Of a stretch of DNA of 55,008 nt, positions 1 through 11,800 are shown one piece after another. Positions within the stretch are counted from its first letter, which is position 1. The number at the start of each line of letters is the position of its first letter. The DNA is from Paraspadella gotoi (lineage: Eukaryota; Animalia; Chaetognatha), in contig JBJCIZ010001673.1 in NCBI GenBank assembly GCA_051294375.1, positions 1 to 55,008 on the forward strand, in the 5' to 3' direction. The notes under the pieces are model-generated. The model ran no database searches. It was given only the letters and a program-made list of their open reading frames with translations, and had not been told where the DNA came from. Made by a program: the position numbers and the translations under genes.

Positions 1-1063
1 GAGTTCAGAGTCATTTCATGAAATACGGAATTGTGTGTATGACTTTTTAATGCACTTTGTTTCAGATGCTTCTGCTTCCAGCAATTCAAGCTGTGCTTGC
101 AGCAAAATTTTTTGCCAAGCATATCCTTGATGTTGGTAGTCAGGTTAATCTTTTCATTCCAATTGGGAATCAGCGAGTGGCGTTTCTCCCTCCACAAGAA
201 GACGAGGCTCTGACGCTGGACAAATATCATTTTGTACCTATTCTCCCACGCGTAACTACTAGTACTATAAGGGACGAAGAGGTTTTTATTGTAAATAACC
301 ATGATGAAATTGATATTATTCTTGGTGGTTGTAATGCGTAATTCATATCTTTGACCCATTCTATTAAGTTCGGTGTTTGAGTTAAAAATTTAAAAAACCA
401 AACAAAAATTTTTAAAAATTTCAAAAAAACCCCCAAAAAATTTGCATTCTTGTTATTTGACCAGAGGTGCGACTTATATCCGAGTGACTCTTAGGACATC
501 TCTCGTAGGCAGCTTACTAGCGCTTGCCCCAGCCGTTAGGAGTCGATGGCTTATCAAGTTTCCCAGTGCCTCAAAAATTGTTTTTGTTCTGTATCATGCT
601 TTTTTATTTTAAATATTATTTACTTTTTTGTTTAATTTTTGTTTTTATTTTCATTTCCGAAGATATAAGGTTGTATTTTTAAATGCATAAACGGTAGAAT
701 AGGTTTTCTCCGTGGATATTTGGTCTGCTGTTCCCTCTGATGTTTACAAACGGGAGGGCAATTTAAAAATTCAAACTTTAAAATAAATTAATAAATTGAC
801 CCGTCTCATTTTTAATATTATGTTGATTTTATTTATAAATATTTTATTATATCATCACTTTGGTGATGGGAGACGATGGACTACTAAAATTTTTTTCTTT
901 TCTTTTTTTTCATAAGTTTAGAAACTTTGTAAATGAAATGAAGTTTTGGAATATTTTATTTTTTTCTTTCTTCCAAAGCGAATTTTCCGTCATTGTCCAT
1001 TCAGAAATTAGTTAAAAATGTTTTATCTGGACGATAAAACTCTAAACCCCGTTCTTTTTAACC
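1..1063 (+). mobile_element. Internally deleted copy (3' part) of the hAT-like element at 29.6-33.7 kb
   Basis: 1-134 matches 30338-30471. 139-1063 matches 32761-33746, including the C-terminal coding end and the 3' flank up to AAACCCCGTTCTTTTTAACC. About 2.3 kb of the catalytic core is missing. Confidence 0.9.
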
Positions 1064-1085
1064 TAGGAGTCTACGNNNNNNNNNN

Positions 1086-1620
1086 TACAATTTTTTCTCT
1101 TGGGTACTCAGCGGCGTACCCAACTCGTACCCATGAAATTTAATTCGAGGTACCCAATTTTTTATCAAAAATTTTAGATAACTCAAGGCTATATTTTTTA
1201 TCATTTAGAGATGCGAAATGGATGATCTGATTTGGAATTCCCAAATCATTCTGATAATTGTAATATGCAAATTAGCATATAGAAAAAAATATAATTCCTT
1301 TTTTCTATAAAAAAATGAGCTTTGACAGATACGAAATGGATTGTTTGATCTTTTTTGGAATTTCAAAATCATTTTGATTAACTGTAATATGCAAATTAGC
1401 ATAAAAATTTTTTTTCTTCAAAAAATGATCATTGAGAGATACGAAATGGATTATTTGATCCGAGTTTGAATTCCCGAATCATTTTGACTAACCTTGATAT
1501 GCAAATTAGCACATAATATATTTAAGTATATTTTATGGATAATTTTTTTTTTCTTAGATATTTTTTGTTTTCTTGAATTTATAAATTATTTTTATTATTC
1601 TATAAATTTATATTATAATT
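1086..1620. repeat. Left arm of a long inverted repeat (partner 28270-29239)
   Basis: TACAATTTTTTCTCTTGGGTACTCAGCGGCGTACCCAACTCGTACCCA is the near-exact reverse complement of 29192-29239. It is followed by three ~115-bp units (GAGATACGAAATGGAT...AATATGCAAATTAGCAT) mirrored at 28760-29160. 1545-1620 mirrors 28274-28345. Confidence 0.85.
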
Positions 1621-1631
1621 AATAATATCAT

Positions 1632-1846
1632 CGCAGGAGTATGTCTCACCAAAAGTGGAACCGGATCGGAGGATCTCCGCGGAAATGGAATCGCCGAATC
1701 CTGATTGGTCAAGCAGGGAACCGGAATCGACCAATCAGCTTGTAGAATCCATAGAACTGTCAAAATCACTCTTGCCTCTGATCCTCTCTCTCAGATATAA
1801 ATAGACTTGGCTCTTAGTTTCAGTAGCATTGATCAAGACTCCTGCG
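1632..1846. mobile_element. Small insertion with 9-bp terminal inverted repeats and promoter-like content (MITE or solo terminal repeat)
   Basis: The ends are CGCAGGAGT and ACTCCTGCG. Inside are opposed CTGATTGGTC / GACCAATCAG (CCAAT) boxes and TATAAATA. It is GC-richer than its flanks. Confidence 0.45.
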
Positions 1847-3360
1847 TGTATATTTATTATATTTATTATTATTTTTTATATTTTATTTATCTTTATGTAT
1901 CTTTTTTATTTTTTTAAACTTTTTATATCACGAGACTGTATATATTACGAAATTGGTACAACTAATATGAAAATTATATATTCATTTAATAAATAAGCTA
2001 TTTATAATATATAATTTATATGTTTGTAAATTAGATTAATTATTATTTAAACATATGGTTATCGTTTGATCTTGTACTCAACCAATTTTTTGGCCACAAA
2101 TTTGAAGGTTAGCGTGGTTAAAAAAACATTAGTATCAATTAAAAAGGCACAAAATTAACATATTAAAAACCAAATAAAAACAAGTTAAAAGCATAGTAAA
2201 AACAATTTAAAAAAAGAGTAAAAACAAGATAAAATATCGTGCATCTTAATAATATTTAACCTCTACTGGCTTTGAAAATTGTTGGCCGTCCGTTATACAA
2301 GATCAAATGCGACTCAATAAAGCTACGACCAACGCGTTTACTCAATGACTGCGCACGGAAACCGCGGTAAAAAAGATACAATTTCTTCTTGATATCTCTC
2401 GACGGTGATTGGTCGAGGCTTGCCAATCCAGGACCGCAGGGAAGAAGCTTGCATTTTGCGATCCAAAACGCGAAGGGGAACCGCGCGGCCCAACACATTA
2501 TATTTAGTCAATATTATTATCATATGAAATTGGTACAACCAATATAAAAATTATTTATTTATACAATATACATAGATTATTCAATACTTTTTAAGTTTAT
2601 AAATTATTTTTAATATTTTATAAATATATATATATATTTTTTTAAGTTTAAATTATTTTTATTGTAAATATTTATATTATTTTATTTAATATTATTTTAT
2701 ATTAATATTATTATTGTTTATATAAAATTTATATTTATATTTTTTATATATTTTGTACATAATGGATATGTATATGATATATATTATATATATGAATTTA
2801 TTTTATTATTCTTAAATTTTATAAATTAATATATATATTTATGTATGTATTTATTTACATTATTTAAATATCATTGTAATTAAGTTTAAATTATTCGTTG
2901 ACTCTCAAAATACCTATGACTTCCTGGCAAAGAGAAAGAAGATGGGATGATCATCAATTAATTATATTTTTAATTCTTGTAATTGTCTTTTGTTTATAAA
3001 TCTGCCGAGCCGAAGCATCCAACTTGAGAGCCCTCTGACAGTTTGTCTCGTCAGAGGGCAGCATAAGTCTTTTGTTTAGATTAGATAGTATAACATGGCG
3101 TCGCACCTGCGCAGTGGATCGTAACGTGGACATATATCGTTCACCGTTTAACTTTTTACGAAAAAAAAACTTTAGAAAAAAAAACTTCGTTCGGTTTTTA
3201 TCGCTTAAACGTTTTTAAATTTTTTTTTTGTGGATTCTTTTTGTTGACAAGCGGTTCCATTTCTCAGTTTAAAAAACTATCCAGATACAAGGTGAGATGA
3301 TACAAATAGTTATTATTTAAAATCTGTTTACAATATTTAAATATTTTTTAAATTTTTGGG

Positions 3361-3700
3361 GGGTTAATTTTACTTTCGTCGGCCGGGGTTAGGGGAGGTT
3401 TATTGGTGTTATTAGGTTAATAGTGGTTTAGGAGTGGTTGGGGTGGTTAAGACGGTTTAGGGTGAGGGTAATTGGGTTACTTTTATTTCCGCCGACCGGG
3501 GTTAGGAAAGGGTTAGGGTTAAAGGTGGTTTAGGGATGGTTTAGGGTTAGGGGTGTTTATGGTTATGGTAATTAGGTAATATTTTTTTAAATTTTTTTTT
3601 AAAAATAAGTATTTTTAAGTGGTTTTTCAAAAGCCGCCAAAACCGCGGTCAGCGAAATTAAAATTTAGCCCCCCGGTTTGCAAAAGCAAAATTTTACCCA
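3361..3700. mobile_element. MITE-like repeat with an internal degenerate TTAGGG tract
   Basis: The ends GGGTTAATTTTACTTTCGTCGGCC and GGTCAGCGAAATTAAAATTTAGCCC are imperfect inverted repeats. Related copies lie at 4140-4200, 47065-47170, 52160-52215 (-) and 53155-53352. Confidence 0.65.
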
Positions 3701-3849
3701 TTTTTTATATATTTGACCAAATTAATTTTGTATAATTTTAGATCGCTATTGGAAAAGGAAGATCAAGGTTAGAAGAGTTTAGGGTTAGGGCAATTAAATA
3801 ATTTTTTTTAGACATTATGTGAAAATCCTTTCTTTTTTGTTGTGTTAGT

Positions 3850-4125
3850 AATTAGGAACAGATTTTTGTTTCATGCAACAATTTTTATTATAGACGAACA
3901 TGTTTTGGCTTTAAATGCAAACCTTTATCAGCGCCAAATGAATTGTGAAGAATTGGAAAAATTATTCTACAAAAGAAGGGGAGAGAGAGAGAGAGAGAAT
4001 AAAAGAGAGAAAGGGCAAAGTTTCCAACATAGTTGAGAACAGGCTAAGGGTAAGGACAGATAGATTTTTAGTTTCGTCTATAATAAAACAAATTGTTGCA
4101 TGAAACCAAAATCTGTTCTTAATTT
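3850..4125. mobile_element. Inverted-repeat structure with a degenerate hammerhead motif (Penelope pseudo-LTR-like)
   Basis: Arms of ~50 bp: AATTAGGAACAGATTTTTGTTTCATGCAACAATTT... and ...AAATTGTTGCATGAAACCAAAATCTGTTCTTAATT. The minus strand reads CTGATAA-AGGTTT..AAAGCC-AAAAC-AT-GTT. The (GA)n spacer resembles 53480-53560. Confidence 0.55.
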
Positions 4126-5839
4126 TTTTTTAAACTAAGTATTTTTAAATTATTTTTCAAAAGCCGCCATAACCGCTGTCGGCGAAAGTAAAATTTACCC
4201 AATTTTTGATATATAAATGTTTGTTATTATTAATATTAAAAAATACTTGAAAATTTTGATAGGATAATTAAGATTTTTACTAGACATGTCGTTTTTCTTT
4301 TCTCGCGAAAAAATGATTATCACGACTTGGTCAAATTATCACCCAATTAAATTGGTTAAAAATAATAATAAATTAAAACCAAAAAATTTTCTTTTTTCTG
4401 CTTGTACAAGGGTTATAAAAACCATATATAGTACTGCCCTCTTTTGGAAACAAAAAATAAATTTTTAACCTGCTTAAGTTAAGGGGAAATTGCTATGCTG
4501 AGGGCAAGTCAACTGTTTAACTTTAAGGATAAATTTGTATGTTTTGAAATTTTTTATTAGCTGTTATTTTGCTCATAACTTTTGTCCGAATTCGAGATCA
4601 AGTTTATAATTATTTTATTTGAAACGGCAAGCTCTATATATTTAATTATCAAAAATATATATTTTAGGTTTTATCAAAACAAACAAATTTTCTCTTTTAT
4701 TTTTATATTTCTTTCTCTCTTTTCTCTTTTAATTACATGTCTCTCTCTCTTTCTCCCTCTCTCTTTTCCTTAGTCACTGATTCATAAGAGAAAAAAACGA
4801 GTCTGCAGGGACTTATTCTTTTTCTCTCTTTTCTCCTGCTGCTTCTGCTGCTGCCTTTTGATTTCTTTCTCTGAAGCTAACTCTACAGGGGCTTATTCTT
4901 TTTCTCTTTTTTTCCTGTTGCTCCTGCTGCAGCCTTTTGATTTCTTTCTTTTTCTCTGTCTCTCTGTGATTAATTTTTTCCTTCTAAAAACTTTTATTAT
5001 CTCCATTTATTCCCAAATTTACATCCAAGATTTTCGTGGATTTTTTTCTAAATATTCTAAATATCAAACACGATAATATTTTTTTCAATATATATTTACT
5101 TTATTATTTTATTTTACTTTACTTTATTTTATTTCACTTTAGTCTTTACTTCACTTTGTCAGTCTGATTCAAGTTTCACTTTGTCTTTTGTCTGGGAATG
5201 TTGACAGTGTTTAGAGAGGTCGCATTCAATCAAACTGCTCGCTTATGCGGGTTAAAAGTAAAACAAAAGTACCTTCAATAATGTTTCTCCAGACTGAGCA
5301 CTTGCTAAAATTAAACTCAAAAATATGTTATTTTACTATTCAAATCATCGTAGAGCATCCAATAGTTTTTTAAAAAAAAAGTTAGAAAAAGAGAATAAGA
5401 AAGAATAAAAGAAAGGAAGATAATATAATACAATATCAAAATGACTGAAATAAAAAACAAAAGTTAGGGGAAAAAATAAAATATAAATATTAAAAATAAA
5501 ATCAATTAAAGAAATATAATATTTGTTATAATTAATAATCTTATTAGCTGCTTACCACTAAATTATCGTGGGCAGATCCGACATTGTTTGCTTAAACTTG
5601 ATCTCTCTTGTTAGAATTTTTTTTAGCATTTGAATCAAATGTAAAATTGGCTGGTAAGGTCTCATTTCCGATCTGAGGTTCGGGGATGTTTGTTACTATT
5701 TGTATGAAATTGGTACAACCAAAAAAAAATTTACATTCAAAAATTGTGTAGCTATATCATTTGTCTGTGCTAAAATCAATGCAAAAAACTAAATTTCATT
5801 GCTTTTAATAGATCAGAACAATCTAAAAAGAATGTGACA

Positions 5840-8800
5840 ATGGGATTACCGCCCATATTTAAAACTTTTCTTCTCCAAAAAGCAACTGATCCAGAACATG
5901 TGGTTAGAATATCCTGCAATGAAGAAATTAAATGCAGTGACAGTTTTTGCTCTCCTAATTCCTACTTCACACGATTAAGTAAGTAACTATTTTATGAAAG
6001 TATATAAAAGTAAAGATAATGGTCTTTTTTCCCTATTTAGGATTGAATTACGAATCTCTGGAAACGTTTTCACATGATTATACTTCAAAGCTAAAAATTA
6101 ATTCATCAATTCATCTTCAAGTTGATATCGATCAAGGTCCTCCTCTCGTTTCTGGCAAATGTACTCGTATTGATAAATGTATCAATGACAAAGGTAACAT
6201 TTATATTTGCTGTTAAAAAAATCTGAAATATAATTCTACTAATCTTTTTAGGAGAATCATTAAACGATTTACAACAAAAACACTTTTGTCTGTTTAACCT
6301 GCAGTCACATCGTACTGAAGATATAGATCTTAGATGTCCCCAATATGGCTGGAACAGGTTAAAAATTGTTTTGAAATTATTATTTGATTATAATATTATT
6401 TTTGAATAAAATTATGCATTTTAGGCATCTTTTTTTAGATTATCTTTGTGGTGTAATCCTTTCGTTTCGTTGTGTAATGATTAGAAGAGTTTGAAATTAG
6501 TTTTCAACAATTAGTTGAAAACTAATTTCAAACTCTTCTTAGATTATCTTGTATTTTTTAATATCAAGGAAATATAGAAATATAACTGAACATAATTTTA
6601 ATTTTTTTTTTCAGGGAAGAATCCAAAATGCGTTTGAAATCCGGCAGCAATCGTACCCAATCATCTACATTATCCAACGTTTCTGGAGCTGCAAATATTC
6701 TATATCGTGTTCTTCATGGACCTTTGCAAGATCGAATCATTGCTCGTAATAGATCAAAGTTGATGTTTTGTCCTTTTGGATGCCAAAATGGAAAATGTTC
6801 TTAGTAAGTTTAATCTCTGATTCATTATATTGGATTTATTCAATCTTTATTTAAGCTGATTTAATTAATCTGATTCGTTCAATTTCTGATTCATTCAATC
6901 TTTGAATAGTTCAATCTCTTATTAATTGATATCTGATTCTTTTAATCTCTGATTCCTTCAAACTCTGATTCCTTCAGATCTCTGATTCCTTATCTGATTT
7001 TTGATCTTTGATTCCTTCAATCTTTTAATCTGTCAATCTTTTGATTTCTTGATCTCTTATTTCTGGATCTCTGATTTCTGGATTTCTGATTCCTCGATCT
7101 CTGATTCCTCGATCTCTGATTCCTTGATCTCTGATTCTTTGATCTATGATTTTTTTATCTGTGATTCATTGATTTATGATTTATTGATTGATTTATGATT
7201 CATTGATTGATTTATGATTCATTGATTGATTTATGATTCATTGATTGATTTATGATTCATTGATTGATTTATGATTCATTGATTGATTTATGATTCATTG
7301 ATTGATTTATGATTTATTGATTGATTTATGATTCATTGATCTGATTCCTTGATCTATGATTCTTTCATCTGATTCATTTATCTATGATTCTTTGATTTAT
7401 GATTCTTTGATTTATGATTCATTGATTTATGATTCATTGATTTATGATTCATTGATTTATGATTCATTGATTTATGATTCATTGATTTATGATTCATTGA
7501 TTTATGATTCATGATTCATTGAATTATGATTCATGATTTATTGAATTATGATTCATGATTCATTGAATTATGATTCATGATTCATTGAATTATGATTCAT
7601 GATTCATTGAATTATGATTCATGATTCATTGAATTATGATTCATTGAATTATGATTCATTGAACTATGATTCATTGAACTATGATTCATTGAACTATGAT
7701 TCATTGAACTATGATTCATTGAACTATGATTCATTGATCAATAATTCATTGATCAATAATTCATTGATCTATGATTCTTTGATCTGTGATTTTTTCATCT
7801 ATGATTCTTTCATCTGAATCATTGATCTGTGATTCCTTGATCTGTGATTCCTTGATCTATGATTCCTTGATCTATGATTCTTTGATCTGTGATTCTTTGA
7901 TTTATGATTCATTAATTTATGATTCATTGATTTTTGATTCATTGATTTGTGATTCATAGATCAATGATTCATTGATCTATGATTCATTGATCTATGATTC
8001 CTTGATCTATGATTCTTTGATCTGTGATTCTTTTATCTATGATTCATTGATTTATGATTCATTGATTTATGATTCATTGAACTATGATTCATTGAACTAT
8101 GATTCATTGATTTATGATTCATTGAACTATGATTCATTGATTGATTTATAATTCATTGATTGATTTATGATTCATTGATTGATTTATGATTCATTGATTG
8201 ATTTATGATTCATTGATTGATTTATGATTCATTGATTGATTTATGATTCATTGATTGATTTATGATTCATTGATTGATTTATGATTCATTGATTGATTTA
8301 TGATTCATTGATTGATTTATGATTCATTGATCTATGATTCATTGATCTATGATTCTTTCATCTATGATTCTTTCATCTGATTCATTGATTTATGATTCTT
8401 TCATCTATGATTCTTTCATCTATGATTCTTTCATCTATGATTCATTGATCTATGATTCATTAATCTGTGATTCTTTGATTTATGATTCTTTGATTTATGA
8501 TTCATTGAATTATGATTCATTGAACTTATCATGACTATGATTCATTGACTATGATTCATTGATCTATGATTCATTGAACTATGATTCATTGAATATGATT
8601 CATTGAACTATGATTCATTTGAACTATGATTCATTGAACTATGATTCATTGAACTATGATTCATTGAACTATGATTCATTGAACTATGATTCATTGAACT
8701 ATGATTCATTGAACATGATTCATTGAACTTGATCATTGCTATGATTATGACTATGATTCTGATCTGATTCATTGATTCATGATTATGATTCATGATTCAT

Positions 8801-11800
8801 TGAATTATGATTCTGATTCATTGAATTATGATTCATGATTTGATTCATTGAATTATGATTCATTGAATTATGATTCATTGAATTATGATTATTGATTATG
8901 AATTCATTGAACTATGATTCATTGAACTATGATTCATTGAACTATGATTCATTGAACTATGATTCATTGAACTATGATTCATTGATTTATGATTCATTGA
9001 TTTATGATTCATTGATCAATAATTCATTGATCTATGATTCTTTGATCTGTGATTTTTCATCTATGATTCTTTCATCTGATTCATTGATTTATGATTCCTT
9101 GATTTATGATTCCTTGATCTATATCTATGATTCTTGATCTATGATTCTTGATCTATGATTCTTGATCTATGATTCCGATTTATGATTCATCGATTTATGA
9201 TTCATCAATTTATGATTCATCGATTTTAATGATTTCATCGATTTATGATTCATCGTTTATGATTCATCGATTTATGTTCATCGATTTATGATTCATCGAT
9301 TTATGATTCATCGATTTATGATTATCGATTTATGATTCATCGATTTATGATTCATCGATTTATGATTCATCGATTTATGATTCATCGATTTATGATTCAT
9401 CGATTTATGATTCATCGATTTATGATCATCGATTTATGATTCATCGATTTATGATTCATCGATATTATATGATTCATCGATTTTATGATTCATCGATTTA
9501 TGAATCTCTGATTCCCTGATCTCTGATTCCCTGATCTCTGATTCCCTGATCTCTGATTCCCTGATCTCTGATTCCCTGATCTCTGATTCCCTGATCTCTG
9601 ATTCCCTGATTCTGATTCCTGATCTCTGATCTCCTTGATCTTGATTCCTGATCTTCTGATTCCTTTTGATCTCTGATTCCTGCATCTTCTGCATTCGCGT
9701 TGATCTCTTGATTCCCTGATTCCTTGATCTCTGATTCCTTGATCTCTGATTTCTTGATCTCTGATTCCTTGATTTCTGATTCCTTGATCTCTGATTCCTT
9801 GATCTCTGATTCCTTGATCTCTGATTCCTTGATCTCTGATTCCTTGATCTCTGATTCCTTTGATTTTTGATCTCTGCTTCTTTAAATATACAATTTGTTT
9901 TATCTCTGATATCTTTAATCTCTGATTTGATTTGTTGAATCTCTAAATTAATTTAATCTCAGATTTTTTGAATCTTTGATTTCTTTCTATGGTACAACCA
10001 ATATAAAAATTTCCAAATTATTTTTTAAAAAAATGAATAAAAGATTCTTTATTTAAATATAAGATTAGAACATATTACTAATGATATATTATAAAATTAT
10101 TTTTAAATGATTTACTCAAGGTTGACATTATACAATGTTTATTTATAGTTCCGAAAACTGGTCAAAACCACAAGAAATGGTCTCATTAAATGAACTTGGT
10201 GGTTTTTCTCGACTCAAATTTCATTTGTCGCGTGCTCACAAAATGTCACCAAAAACCATCAGTGCTATCATGCCTTTCATTATCATACTTTCGGATCAAC
10301 TGCTTTATGATCATGTGAATGAGGAAATAAGGTTTGTTTTTGTATTTTTAAAGATAAAACTAGTAGTGTTTATGCACAATTTGTGTTTTGACTTTTTTTA
10401 TTAAATTAATAATTGAGAGAAAACAAAATTTTTATTTGTTTCTAACAACGATTTTTGTATTAAAAAATGGACAGGTTTTGACTCTCATTTTGAGTTCTAT
10501 CAGGGCTTCATAAGCATTAATAACGACTTAAAAACAAACATTTTAAATTTTTGCTAAAAAATCTTTGTTTGCAACAAATAAAAACTTTTTTTAAAGATAA
10601 AAATATTTTATTATTTTTTTATTAACTTGTTTATAAAAATATTATTATATTGTTTATCAAAATTTTTAAGCATTAATAAATTTTTAGATTCAATGGAGAA
10701 TAATTTAGGGAGAAAAATTTTTAATATAATGATAAATGAGTTAGCTTTTTTAATGGTAGTACTTTGTTAGGGTTGTAATATTTAAATACCAAATTTTTAA
10801 TTCTCAGTTTGGTGGAATCCCAAGGATTATATGTAACCTCGAGTATGTCAAAACTATTTTCCAAAGAATATTTACAAAATCATCTATGCCATTCAGAATC
10901 AGATATCCCTGCCGTTTACAAAGTTGTCATTGATGGGCAATTTCAATATCCATTTCGACTTCCACAATCCAAATCTGGGGGTGTATTAGTTGATTCTGAT
11001 ATTGAGGAAGAAATTGAAAAATCAGATAATCAGGAATCTATTAAAAAAAATCAAATTCCTCAAAAAGAAGTTCGTGAAACTAACTCTCAATTCAGTTTAA
11101 GTGATTCAGATAATCAATTGATGCCCCAGGCAACTTCATTTCTGAAATCTTACCCATCAACAGAGCATTTAATTTTCATAGCTAAATCTTGGCGGGAAAA
11201 TAATTTTTTAAAAGATCTTTATTTAGATCACAGATGGCCTATTACCAAAAAATTATTGTTAATAGAAAATCCTTCTCTTACTGAAATCAATTTAATTGAT
11301 AATGAAATTGAATTATCAAGCAAAATTAACATGGAATGTTTAAAAATTTCTGATGGTGTCAAATTAGTGTCTCGCGTTAATTTAATATTGAAAATGAAAA
11401 AGAGCAATTACCAAACGTTTATTGGTCAATTGATTAGAAAACACGAACTTGCTTCTCATGGTTCATTGCTTGATCTGTCAACTGATTTGATTTTGTCACC
11501 CATTAGATGTTCCCACTATTCCACGCCTAAAGACAAAGAAAATGTTGAAACCCTTGACTTAAACCCTCAAATCATTCAATCTTCCAGAGAAATTTCAAAA
11601 ACACTAATGAGAGATAAAGAAAGATTGTTACAAATTAGTGGACGACCACAATCATCAAATGAAAAGGCAAATTTATTTATATTGAAAGAAATTAAATATC
11701 CATTTGTTGTCCTTCCTTGTAAAGCCGATGGCCATTGCGGTTATCATGCAATAATTAGACATTTTCTTCCTCACTACAATATTGAAAATGAAACCTATAT

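Noticed and set aside
2256-2538. Short GC-richer ORFs as genes or a LINE 3' end
   Set aside because: There is only faint similarity (ERY..SFLPR), too weak to assign.
7001-9694. YDSLI / MNHRS repeat ORFs (also 16074-17242 and 23017-23205)
   Set aside because: These are translations of the 15-bp satellite in several frames and strands; the array lies in a predicted intron or intergenic DNA.
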